From IMG/VR virus record IMGVR_UViG_3300046370_000603: a stretch of 64,000 bases of DNA; one strand, 5' to 3'. This DNA is from a virus. This document shows positions 20,375-32,920 of the stretch, in pieces. Position 1 is the first letter of the stretch; the number at the start of each line of letters is the position of its first letter. The translations under genes and the position numbers were made by a program. Under the pieces are notes generated by a model. That model was not told where the DNA came from. It saw nothing but the letters and a program-made list of their open reading frames with translations, and made no database searches.

Positions 20375-21379
20375 ATGGATACTATACTAGGTTTAACTTG
20401 CATTAGTGAAGAGTTAAAAGATAAGGACAAGAAAAAATATTCTTTTCGCACAATGACTCGCAAACGCTTCAATGATTTGTGTAACCAAGAAGGTAGAGAT
20501 GAAGCGGTCAATCAATTATCTGAAAGAATTTTGCACAATGTTGTTGTTACTGAATATATTGTCAATCATTGCAATTCCTCAAATATTGGGCATTATCGTC
20601 TTAGTTCTGCTCTTTTTCCTCTCCTTACCGACCAAACTTTGGACATTTCTCTTGGAGATTTGCCTCACAAAGCAAGAATAGAAAAAGGCTTAGAGCTAGT
20701 AGGTTTAATTGCTAAAAAGTTTGATATATCAATTGGTTCTCACCCCGATCAATTTAATGTTCTCGCATCTCCCGATAGAGAAAAAGTTAATCGCACGATA
20801 AATGAACTTAATTTTCAAGCAAGTGTCCTTGATATGGTCGGCTTACCTCAAGATCATACTGCTCCGATGAATATTCATGTCAACTATACTCCAAAAATAG
20901 ATGAAACCTTAGAGATAGTTGCTACTAGATTTTTTCGTAATCTTTCTATGTGTGATGCAGGTGTTTACAAACGATTAACTATCGAAAACGAAGATAAAGG
21001 CTTCTTCAATGTAGATAACTGCATTAAATTTAGTGATTATTTATTTAATATGTGGGGAGTAAGCATTCCTGTTTGTTACGATAATTTACATGATTTTTGC
21101 AACCCCTCAGAGGTTGAAAGTATAAATTATCAAGCAGAAAGATGTGCTTATACATGGGTCAATCAGAAGCAAAGTGAAGATATTGTTTCTAATTTCATTG
21201 CTCCTGTCTTCCATTGGTCGGAAGGTAACCCAAGTAAACCTCGCTCTCATGCAGATTACTTTGCCCTCGGTCATATTCCACCTATTATTGCCATTGACCC
21301 CGATGAGCAAGTTAAATGGGAGTGTGAAGTTAAACAAAAAGATAAAGCAATTAAACTTTTACAAGAACAAATGGCATGA
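20375..21379 (+). CDS. uvsE: UV-damage endonuclease
   Basis: YRLSS.LFP, HPDQF.VLAS, NIH, IENEDK, YDNLH, FHWS, RSHADY, EVKQKD. Confidence 0.88.
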   Translation: MDTILGLTCISEELKDKDKKKYSFRTMTRKRFNDLCNQEGRDEAVNQLSERILHNVVVTEYIVNHCNSSNIGHYRLSSALFPLLTDQTLDISLGDLPHKARIEKGLELVGLIAKKFDISIGSHPDQFNVLASPDREKVNRTINELNFQASVLDMVGLPQDHTAPMNIHVNYTPKIDETLEIVATRFFRNLSMCDAGVYKRLTIENEDKGFFNVDNCIKFSDYLFNMWGVSIPVCYDNLHDFCNPSEVESINYQAERCAYTWVNQKQSEDIVSNFIAPVFHWSEGNPSKPRSHADYFALGHIPPIIAIDPDEQVKWECEVKQKDKAIKLLQEQMA

Positions 21380-22360
21380 AAAAAAATTTAAATAAATTAG
21401 AAGTTGGCGATCACATTAAAGAGAGAGCTTTAAAAATAAAAAGGCGAGTTGGTCAGATAGTAACTATTCTTGACGATAGCAAAACAAATCCAACCCTTGA
21501 ATGTATTTTAGTTCATCCTAGAACTCTTCTACCGATAGAGAATCTTTTTGGTCAGCATAAAGTATTTAAAATTAAAAGGGATAATACTAAGTATTATGTC
21601 CCGCGTCAAAAACTTTTTGAGAAGAAATCTTTTGAAATAGGCAACTATATATCTTATAAAAGTAAAGCTCGATTAAAATATGGAAGAATTATTTGCTACT
21701 TAAATCAAGAAGAAGGATTATACCCAAAATCTTATGATCTACACAAGCATAATGGCAAAGATTTGTTAGAGTGTGTTGAAATAAATCCAAATAATCTAAA
21801 AAGAATACTTAATGCAGATGACCATCCGAATATCTTTGTTGCTGATTCAAACAAAGCAAAGATTGTGAGAGTGCTAGATAAAGATGAAAATGGCAAGCCA
21901 ATCATACCTTTAAGGCTTGACATTTAATTTTTTTTGATTTAAGTTGATACCATGATGAAAAATATACTAAACATAGTTTTGCTTATTAGTTTCAGTTTTT
22001 GCTTTGGCAACCACAAAGATGAAAAATTTGGCTTTGTCGAAGGTGAAGTTTACAATCCTTGTAAAGTTACCAAGGATACTTTTGGGGCTATTAAAAATGA
22101 ATACGGACAATGGGTATTGCCTATCGGTCATCCAATGCTTGATTTAATTAAAGAGGGATATATGATTCATCCCAAAAAACCAAATGTTGTTATACCTAAC
22201 CCTTATAGCACAGCAGGAAGAAAATTAATAGCCTCATTAAAGCCTAAATACGCTCCTTCAAGAGGATTTAAAACTGAAACAAAACACTATCCTAGCGATA
22301 GCAACTCGCATTATAAAGAGCAAGGAATTGCTTCAGATTTTCTTAGAGAAAAAAGAGCTA

Positions 22361-22852
22361 ATGCAAAAAAGTAATATAAAAATAATAGAAGGTAATCTTC
22401 TTGACTTTCCTAATGATATAAATTTCATAGCCCATTCGTGCAACACGCAAAATATCATGGGTGCAGGTATCGCTAGGCAAATAAAAGACCGATACCCTAT
22501 GGCATATGAAGCTGATCGTCATGCAATGTACGAAGACCAAGTAGGCTTGGGGAGCTTTAGTTTTGCTTGGACTGATGCTACCCAAAGTAAAGGTATATAC
22601 AATATGTACACTCAAGACAGAATAGGTGGACAAAGAGCAGTTGATTATGAAGGTTTTTACTTAACTTTAGAGAATGTCGCAAATCATATTGAATGGCAAG
22701 ATGAACACGATGGTACAACTTCTACTTTTGGTTTACCTTGGATGATTTCTTGTGGACTTGCGGGAGGCAGTTGGGGAATTATTTTCTCAATGTTAAATTA
22801 TATTTTAGTTGACAGACGCTTTCAAACATATATAGTTAGATACCATGAATAA
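22361..22852 (+). CDS. Macrodomain (ADP-ribose-processing) protein
   Basis: GNLL, AHSCN..NIMGAGIA, NMYTQ, CGLAGGSW. Confidence 0.85.
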   Translation: MQKSNIKIIEGNLLDFPNDINFIAHSCNTQNIMGAGIARQIKDRYPMAYEADRHAMYEDQVGLGSFSFAWTDATQSKGIYNMYTQDRIGGQRAVDYEGFYLTLENVANHIEWQDEHDGTTSTFGLPWMISCGLAGGSWGIIFSMLNYILVDRRFQTYIVRYHE

Positions 22853-23638
22853 ATTAGAAGAAGCAATGGGCAATATGTCCAACATTCAAGATGACATTGA
22901 TGCACTCATCTATGCTATCGGAGATGCACCTCGAAAATATACAGAAGATGAATTATTAAATATGCTCATTGGCATGAATCAGCTACATAAAACTCGTTGT
23001 GAAATGATGTGGCAAGAATATGAAGCCAATAGAAACAAATGCAATACAAATAATGACCCTATAGTCCAAAGTCTGTACGGAGATGGAACATTAAAAAAAT
23101 AAAAATAATGATTGAATTAGAAAAACCTTGGCAAGCTCCTAGAGAAGTTGCGTTAGCAATTATTGACCTAGCGATGACTCATATTAAAAAAGTCGAACTT
23201 AATCCCGAAGTTGAAACTGAAGGAGATAACTTTGACTATTGGAATAGTTACAAATTAGAAGATGGCACTTTTGTAGACTACAACATTTATTGTGGTGATG
23301 ATGTTGGAGAATTTACCGAGGATGGTGAGTTTAAATATGGTGACCCAAGTGAATGGTCATGGGACATTGCTTGCTATGCGGTTGATCCACCAACTAAAGA
23401 CAATCCTTATCATCAAATAGATACAGATAGAACACAATATTTATTTAATTATAATAAAGATGGAAAAAGAGAAATAGTTTTTCAAGATTTTGTGTAATAT
23501 ATTTTGTGCAATTTTTTTGGAAATTAATAAATAATGCGTATAACAGATTGGCTAATATTATTACTTATAATGATTATCTTATTATTGAGCTTTCAATTCT
23601 TTTTTTTATAATTTATTTTTTAATATATTCATTTTAAT

Positions 23639-23941
23639 ATGCAAAATACAATAGATAAAATAATACAATGGCACAAAGATCGTAACCTCATTGATGGGTC
23701 TGACGATAAAACTCAAACTTTAAAGTTATTACAAGAACTTGGGGAACTTTCAGATTCTGTATGCAAAGAAAAACCTATTCTTGACGACATTGGAGATATG
23801 CTAGTAGTAATGATCAACATTTGTGAAAGAAATCAAGTCTCCCTTGAAGATTGTCTCAAGGTTGCTTATGAGGATATAAAAGATCGTAAAGGCAAGATGG
23901 TTGATGGTGTTTTCGTAAAAGAATCTGATTTAATAGCTTGA
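23639..23941 (+). CDS. MazG-like nucleotide pyrophosphohydrolase
   Basis: KLLQELGEL, DDIGDMLVV, AYEDIKDRKGKMVDGVFVKE. Confidence 0.85.
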   Translation: MQNTIDKIIQWHKDRNLIDGSDDKTQTLKLLQELGELSDSVCKEKPILDDIGDMLVVMINICERNQVSLEDCLKVAYEDIKDRKGKMVDGVFVKESDLIA

Positions 23942-25436
23942 CATAATTGTTTGCTTGCTTTAATCTGTTGTTATTATGAGCGGAGAAGGTTTATCAGTTA
24001 GTTTTAGAAGAACGCCCCTTACGGACAAGTCTAATGCGGAACTCCTTGAAGAGTTTCAAAAGATCATCTACAATAGTAGAGTCATGAGACACATGAAATG
24101 GTATGGCAAAGCTCATACTCTCGACATATTAGAACATGGTGACGACAATCGACAAAAGTTTGAGCAAGAATATGTTGCAATTATAGATACTTTTCAATTT
24201 GAGATTAGTGTTTATGATTCTTGGTATGAAGATGCTGATCTTTATGAGTCGCATGAAGTAGAAGATAGTTTTGTATCTCTTGCTCTTGAGTTCGCTAAAG
24301 ACAATAATTTAATGTATTTCTCCCAAGGTTTTCCTGCTGAATGGATAGAGACAGAAACTGCTGATGGAGAAAGATGTTGGAATCATTATAGTGTAAAACC
24401 CGATGATAAAAATATTGACAAAATATGCAAGGTATGGCATGATTATGGCATGAAAATGATTCAAGCAGAGCAATATGGTCAAACCGATGAGATGAAAAGT
24501 TTTTATTGGGCAAATGCAAGAGATCAAATTAAAGAATTAATGGAACATGAATATGAATACGCAAAATAGGTCAGAAAGTTGGTTGGTAGAGCAATATAAT
24601 CGAAATCGTTTGCCATCAAAACATATTTCAAATACAAATGAAATCTCAAATGCTTATTCAGAAAGTTGGTTGACGATCAGGCAAGAAGATGATACAGACA
24701 ATTGGTCTACCCCGATTATGTGGTTAGATGACAGATCAGAATATGATCTCTTTGCGTCTAACGATCTCAATATAGATTGGGTAGAAGAGATGGATAAAGA
24801 AGGCTCTCCAATCTTAGAAGATGATCATCTTTGCAGAGATATTTGCATTGAAGTAACTTGTCCATCGAAAAAACTTGACAAGCGTAGAGCGGTGGGTTAT
24901 AATATAGACTTTGATTGGAACTAATTATGAAACTATCACTTACATTGCACAAAAAAACTTATAGTATTGATTCGGACGAATCATTTGACGGCACAAATCT
25001 TAATGAATTAGTAGAACAATTTAAAGGTTTGCTCGTCAATGCAGGATTTCACCCAAGCAATGTAGATGATATGTTCAATACAGACTATCAATGGTTTACT
25101 GAAGAAGAAAGAAATGATAATACGCAAGGTCATTTAAAAGATAGCAGATACAATGATGGTTACACCAAAGGTTGGGATGAAGCGTTACACCATCGCAAAG
25201 TTCAAGATTTTCAAGATAATTTATATAAAAATATGACTGAATAAAATTATGATTCAAATAGAAGACGCTAATCAAGAAAAATATCATATAAATCCTAAGC
25301 AAGTTGTTTATGTAAAAGAAAGAATGCACATGGGTAAAATGATGTATAAAATTATGCTTACGAATGGCGAGGCATTAATGACAGAAAACGAGCATGGTGC
25401 AAAATGTATCATCTCTTCAATAAGATCGAGATCACA

Positions 25437-25727
25437 ATGATTGAAAAAGAAGTGATATTAAAAGAAACCTCTGATGGTGATTTGTTTTTTACTATCCCTA
25501 ACGATGTTCTTGAAAGATTGGGTTGGAAGGAAGGTGATGATTTAAAATTTGAAGAGAAAAATGGTTCGGTTTTAATTCGTAAAGTCAAATATGAAAGCGT
25601 GGAGCTAGAATTTGATGACGAACAATTGCTCAAATATATGATGGTTGCACACGAAAAAGGTATTACATTTAATGAACTTTGCGAGGAAGCAATCAAAGCT
25701 AAATTTAATGAGGTTGATCCTAAGTAA
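25437..25727 (+). CDS. AbrB/MazE-like DNA-binding domain protein
   Basis: FTIPNDVLERLGWKEGDDLKF..NGSVLIRK. Confidence 0.65.
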   Translation: MIEKEVILKETSDGDLFFTIPNDVLERLGWKEGDDLKFEEKNGSVLIRKVKYESVELEFDDEQLLKYMMVAHEKGITFNELCEEAIKAKFNEVDPK

Positions 25728-28700
25728 AATATTATATCACATTGGAGACTTAATTAGTAAATTATTTTATTATAATTGCTTTGCTTGGCTATATCCTCTA
25801 TACAATAGAATAATGGGTTTGAGTTGCAATCTTGACAAAGACGCAAAAGTATGGAAATATAAAAAATATGAATGAAATAGGAAAACAGAAAAATAAATTC
25901 AAAGAAGAATTATCTAAACATATCCTCTTTTTATTAGATGATCCTTGGTTTCAAGAACTTTACTTTAGTGCTAGTGATGAAACTTTAGAGCTTAATAATG
26001 CAATTGAAGATACTCTTTTTAAATATGAGTCTTGTTTTAATAATTCGCTTAGTGATTTATTTAATTTTAAGCAAGTGGGAATTATAATCGCTCACAATAT
26101 TTATCGAGGAATTATTGAAGAACTTAATGAATTATTAAATAATGGTGATATGAAGTTTGAAAATGGATCATGGGTTTTCTCTAAAAAAACTTATACAAAA
26201 AAATCTATTTGTAAAAAAATTGTGGAAAATGTTTTAGATTCCAAATTCTCCAAGAAAGATGAACCAATTTCCATACCTTATTTCCATAATGAATTTCATG
26301 ATTACGATAAAGAGGATAATAGTCGTATAATTCATTTTGCGTAAATCAAAGGCATGATGTGAATAGTCTTTTTCCAAATAATAAAGAACCCGAAATACCC
26401 CCCGATACTTGTCCGTATATTAATTTTATTCAAGAAGTTTTAGATCAAATAAAAAATCAAAACAAATCGCAAACATTAGACGCACAAGTACAATTAATCA
26501 ATGATACATTAGAATATATTAGAGATGCAAATTCTCAATTAAGAGATTGTGGAAAATATTGGAAGAGAAAATTTGAAAACAAAGGTAAACGAAAATGAAT
26601 GATGAAATAACAGAATCAATCTCTTATCAAAGGGGTTATGATAAAGGTTTTGCTGATGCACAAGAATATCTTTCTCAAAAATTTGAAAAAATATTAAGTA
26701 AAAATGCAAATAAATCTTACGACAAGGGTTATCAAGATGGAGCAAATCAAAAAGATAATAAACCTTGCGTGTGTGGGTTTTGGGGTTCAAATAAATATGT
26801 AGCCGAATGGCATAAAGATTGCGAAAATGGCAAATAAATATATTAAATCATGAAACCAATACATAATACTAAAAACTGCAATTACAGAAGATTCTTGCAT
26901 AAAAAACTAAAGCACGGCAAAATAAGTGGCAAGTTTTATAAGTTTCTTTATAGAAACTTCCCCTATCGAGTTACCGCAAGAGAAGTGCAAGTTTGCGTTC
27001 AAAAAGTTCTTTATGGTGACATGAATGAAAACAAAGCTATTGCAATATTAAAAAATCAAGGCAATGAACTTAGAAGGCAAAGAGAAATGGTAAAATCAAA
27101 TTGGGAGTGTAGAAATAAAATTGAAAAATAAAATAATGAAATGAATAAAGAATTATATAATATGTTAAAAACTTCAGCGGAAGCTGATATAGCTAAAGCA
27201 AAATTAAGCTTGAAATTATTAGGGGAAATACCAATTGGTATCGGAGATCATTCAACTACTGATTTTTATAAAAATGCGGAAGAATCTCTATCATTATTAG
27301 ATGATGCCGAAAGCAGGTTAGAGACATTGAATCAATTTGTTAAATCCCTTGAAATATCTATAAACAATGAAAGAGATAATACTTAATACTTTAAAGGAAA
27401 TAGCTTGTGCCAACACAGGTACTTGTCAAATTAATTTGCAATCTGAATCTGCTCAAGAAATGATTGCTAATAAATTGCTTGACAAGTTAGAACCTTTCAT
27501 GCAAAATGAAACCATGCAATTAGTTGAAGACATTATTTTATCAAGCGGAGATTATGTAGGTGAAACCCATGAATGAAAAACAAATAGAAGCACTCGTAAC
27601 TGCAAATAAACTTATTCTTGAAGATATTATTAACAATAGTAACTTTTCTATTGAAGAGTTACAAAGAGTTTCAGATCAGACAGGTGATTTAATTGAGAAT
27701 TTATCGTTTTGGTTTAAACAAGATAATTCTGAAAGATTTTTTTATGAACTTAAAAATTACATGAATTGGTTGCTAGATAATTATTCGTAATATGGCTTGC
27801 AGAGATAAAAATTGCGTCTGCAACGACAACAAAAACATGGATACAATAGATAAAATTAGAAAAATTCGATCTGAACGAGTCGAACAATTAAAGGAAACGA
27901 TTGCTGAATATAATCCCGAAGCATTATTCGCTGATGGTCACGATCATGCTATCATGGGTTATTCTAGTGACGGCAGAGTTGTTTACTCTGCCGACCAAAT
28001 AATTGGTGGACTAATGAACGAAGGCATGACGAATGAAGAGGCGATAGAGTATTTTCATTTTAATATTGAGGGTGCTTATGTCGGTGAATTTACTCCAATT
28101 TATATGTACGAGGAATAATCAATGTGGAATTATAGAATAATTAAAGACAAAAATACTTATGGTCTTTACGAAGTTATGTATAATGATGATGGAGAAATTT
28201 TCGCTCATAGCGAAGAACCCGAAATTGTTGGTGAAGACCCAAAAGATTTACTTGATACTTTAGAGTTAATGATTCACGATGTAAATAAACACATTATTGA
28301 TGGCAAAGAAATATTAGAAATAGATAAAATAAAATTCGCAAAACCATGCGAAGATTTTGAAAAAAGCGAAGCTATAACTTATGAAGAGTTTAAAAAAACG
28401 CTTGACAAGCTAGAGTAGCTATATTACTATTTTAGCCATGACAAAGAAAATATACGAAGTAGAAATGAGCAGTACGACATATCGTACTTTTGAGATAGTA
28501 GCAGATTCGCCCGAAGATGCCCAAAATAAGGCTTTCTCTCAATTAGATAGTGATTGGGAAATTAGTAAGGCATGGAAAGAGAACGCGGATATTGTTTCTT
28601 GCAATCCTCTTGGTGGAACATCGCATATGGATGATGATGAATTTGGTGCATATATCAGAGGAGAATAAGCATGAAAATAATTCGCACAATAATTAATTGG

Positions 28701-31700
28701 TTTTATCGCAAACAAAATATGCGTTCATCCAAAAAACAAATGAACAAAATAATGAGTGAAATTAATGCTGACTCTATGGATTACGATGGCATGGGGAACT
28801 ATGGTAGATTTCCACCCGAAAAATAAATGCTTGACAATAATAAATAACTTATATAAGGTAAAGGCATGAAAGAAATTATAGGAGACGATTATCCAACTTA
28901 CGAAGATTCAGTAAACATGACTCTTGCGGAGAGAGCCAAAAAAGGACATTATGTTTGCAACATCCCTGCTAGACATTTTTGCGATGACGAAGAAAAAATG
29001 GTAGATTTTAATAGATTAACTAAACAAGAATTTTTAGATAGTTATTCTTACCTAACGGAAGAGGAATATAAATTGACAATGGATCACATGAAACTATTGC
29101 AAGAAGAAAAAAGTATATCTAAAAATAATATAGATAGATTGCTTCAAGAGAATTTTGAACTTAGGCATCGTCTAGCTTGTATTGCTGATGACATATTAAT
29201 TATTTCCAATCATATAGAAGATAATTGTAATAAAAAATTTAAAAAACCAAGTCGAAATCCCGATGGTAGTGTTAATGCAGATGAAGCATGGCATAATGTT
29301 AGCAATATAGAAATCGCTTGTGATTTATCTGATAAATCTGTTGATGAATGGGGTAGTGAATTTAAACATGAAGCACAACTTGATAACTTAAATAGAGACT
29401 TATGAACATTGATTATCAGTTACTAGAAAAACAAAGGGATCACTTGTTATCTATTTTATGGCATGACTTTAAACCCGCTGAAGAAAAAGAAGGTCAACCT
29501 GTTCCATTAGACAGAGAGTTAGGTTGGGGCATCGTTCATTTATTAGATGATTTGTTAGATCAAGAATATTATAAAAATAAAAAAGCATGAGTAAAAAAAG
29601 AGAATATTGTGTTGGTATTAAAATAATTAATGCCTTTTATGTCGAAGCAGAAAGTCGAGATGAAGCAGAGCAAATAGTAAGAGAGTATGATCCCTACAAA
29701 ACTCTTGATGATTGTGATTTTAATATTGAATATGCTGATCCTACAAATGGAGATATTGCATGGAAAATAAAAGCTGATGAAGTGGATTGGAAAGAGCTTG
29801 AGCCTAAAAATTTTGACAGAAAATATGAATAATAAAGAATTAAAAACAGAAATTCGTAAATTAGAAATTGAATTAGATTATATTGAAGCTAAAGAACCTC
29901 ATAATATAAAATATATAATGGAATTAGAAAAAAATATAGATAATTTATATAAACAATTAGAAGAATTAGAAGATGAAACTAACTAAATATCAAAAAGCTA
30001 GACTACTTGAACATGAGTGGGATATAGTTACAACAAAAAATGGGCAAAATTGTGCATGGATTAGTGTTGCTCCCGAAGATGGAGAAATTTTTCAAGCCTG
30101 TATTGATATTTTTGGGTTGACAGGAGATGGAGAAGATGTCAAACTATTGGTAGTAGCAACCAACGAAGGAGATTAAAATATGAGAAACACACAAAGAGAA
30201 TCAAGAGAAGGTAATCCCGATTATGACGAAATGAGATATGATCTTGCAGAATATGAGGCAATGAACATGAATGTTTCTGACATAATTGATATGTTAATAT
30301 ACGGAGTTGAACCACTTGACGAATGCTCTAACATTCAAATAAAAGAAGAGTGGGAACAAACTTTTGGCAAATTAAAAAATTGGGAGACAAAATAATGAAA
30401 TTGGAAAAAGCGATAGAATTAGTTTTAAATGAAGCAGAAACCTCTGCTCTTGGTGATAATAGTAACGATGTGCTTGATGCAGTTGAAGTTGTTCAAGCGT
30501 TTTACGATGAGCATGGACATCATTTTGCAAATTTTTCTGTTGACAATGTTGAAAAAGTTTCTTAGGATTTAGTTTTAATAATTAAACAAAGGAGACGAAA
30601 TGAATTATTTTGCAAATACAAATGTCCGTTGGAAAACATGGTCACCCGAAAATGTTATCTTTAAAAGCAATCAATTAGTCAAGAAGGTTTTACCCTCTGA
30701 ACATATTTTATCATGGAAGAGCAAAAGTGATCGTGATCGAAAAATGTGCGAGAAAACAGGTTGCAAAGCAACTCAAACAAATCAATTTGGTGGGCAACCA
30801 TATACATATTATACCAAAGAAAACTACAAAGGAATTATGGTTCAATTAACCGATGTTAAATCAGATTTTCCATCTGCTAATATTGACTTTATTGATTGGA
30901 CAGAAAAAAAAGATAGTGTTGGCAACCCAAAGGGTGCTTTAGATATTTTGGTTTACCTTAACTCTTTTCATCAGCCTTGGCAATATGTTAAATGCCCTCA
31001 AACAGGAAATTGGGTCAGAAAAAGCACAGGTAAAACTGCACCATTACGAGAAGGTTATCGTATGTCTTATGGTGGACAAGGTGATGCTCACGCTTTAGAC
31101 TTTGACGAATTCCACGAATTGGTTCAAATAACAGAAATGATCAGAGATTTCCTTGTAGATGTTGTTATCCCTACAAAGAATGGCGAATTAATTGAAGAAG
31201 ATTTATTAGTAGCATAATGCCAATTTATTGTAACCATGATACTTTATTAATGATTCCAAACATAAAAGGTTATGAACCATATATAAAAAACGCAGAATTA
31301 AAAGAAATGAAAGAAGAAGCAAATGCAGAAGACATAAGTAAAGAAGAATATTATTTGTATGATATTATTAGTGCTTGTGAGAATATACTTGACGATCTTG
31401 AGAATGGGGCAAACATTGAACAAGCAGACTTTAACAATCTTGGATATGTAGATGGCATTATGCTTCGTATGCAACATAATGTAAATAAACAATTAAATCC
31501 AACAAATATCAAAGATGACTAAATTGTTGCAAAATTTACCCGATGTTTTTTATGCGGTTAATGTTTTTATTGGTTGCACCTTAATTTTGCTATTTGTTTT
31601 AATTATTTTAAGCATAGATTCTGATTAAATCCTTGACATCTGTTAATTTTTACTTTATTGTTTTAGCATGAAGAATCAAGAAATTATAGTAAAAGAAAAA

Positions 31701-32507
31701 AAATACAAGAACAGAAAAGATAGTTTATGGGTCGTTAAGTCTAATCATGCAGAAAATCTTAACTTATTAACTCGCAGAAAAAGTCTTGACAGAGTTGATC
31801 TTTTGTGCTTAACTGATCTTGGTTTTAAAATTAAATATGAAAATAAATAAGGAGAAAATATTATGGGATTAGATATGTTTGCTTTTGCTCGTCCACCTCG
31901 CAAGAGAAATAGTGACGATGATATTGGAATTTGCGATTGGAGAAAACATAATCGTTTACAAGGTTGGATGGAAGACTTATGGGAAGCTAAGGGCAGACCA
32001 AATTGGAAACCATCTGAAGAAGATAATGACCTTAGTGGTGATTTTAATTGTGTTGAGTTGCAATTAACTAGGGCAGACCTTTATGATTTGCAAGATGATA
32101 TTGTGAATTTTAATTTGCCCGAAGCAAATGGATTCTTTTGGGGTAGTGATTCATATTTTTGGAGAGATGAAAATGATAAACCATATCCCGAAAATGAATA
32201 CTATTATAAGGAGCAAGATTTGAATTTTGTCGCAGAAGCACATAAAATGCTTGACAAAGGTTATCGAGTATTTTATAGTTGTTGGTATTGATTATGGCAC
32301 ACGATGAATTTAATAGTGGAGCAAAGCATGGATTCAACATGGCATTGTATGCAGTAAGAAATGTTGATAAACAAATAAAGTTTCCCGAAACTCATGGCGA
32401 ACTTGGTGAAATCCCTTGGCAAGAGCAAAACACAATTTATCACGCACAAAAAGATTTATTATATAAAATATACGAAGAAATAAAAAAAGAAATGAAAGAA
32501 GAAGTAC

Positions 32508-32828
32508 ATGAGGACGATTAATAATTTATTAATTATTTTGGTATTGACAGGATGCAATCATTCCTCTAATTTAAATCCAACAGATACAAAAGTCTCTCGT
32601 TCATCAGAGATGCAAGCAGAGATAGATTCAGTTCTCTCAAAAGATGCCGATAATAAAAAATTAGAAAAAGAATATTTAGAAGAAATAAGGAGGGCAGAAG
32701 AAAATAATGATCAAGAAGCATTTAAATTTTATTTATCAGAATATGTTAAAGTAGAAAGATTAAAATTACCCGAATGGATAAAGAAAGAACCAAATTATGT
32801 CCAAGGGGGAGTTAATATTAAATATTAA
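32508..32828 (+). CDS. Putative lipoprotein
   Basis: Signal peptide ending in lipobox LVLTGC. Confidence 0.5.
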   Translation: MRTINNLLIILVLTGCNHSSNLNPTDTKVSRSSEMQAEIDSVLSKDADNKKLEKEYLEEIRRAEENNDQEAFKFYLSEYVKVERLKLPEWIKKEPNYVQGGVNIKY

Positions 32829-32845
32829 TACAAAACAATTTAATT

Positions 32846-32920
32846 CGCATGGTAGCCAAGTGGTAAGGCAGGAGTCTGCAAAACTCTTATTCGTCAGTTC
32901 GATTCTGATCCATGCGTCCA
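32846..32920 (+). tRNA. tRNA-Cys(GCA)
   Basis: CGCATGG/CCATGCG acceptor stem, anticodon loop CTGCAAA, GTTCGATT T-loop, T discriminator, CCA. Confidence 0.95.
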
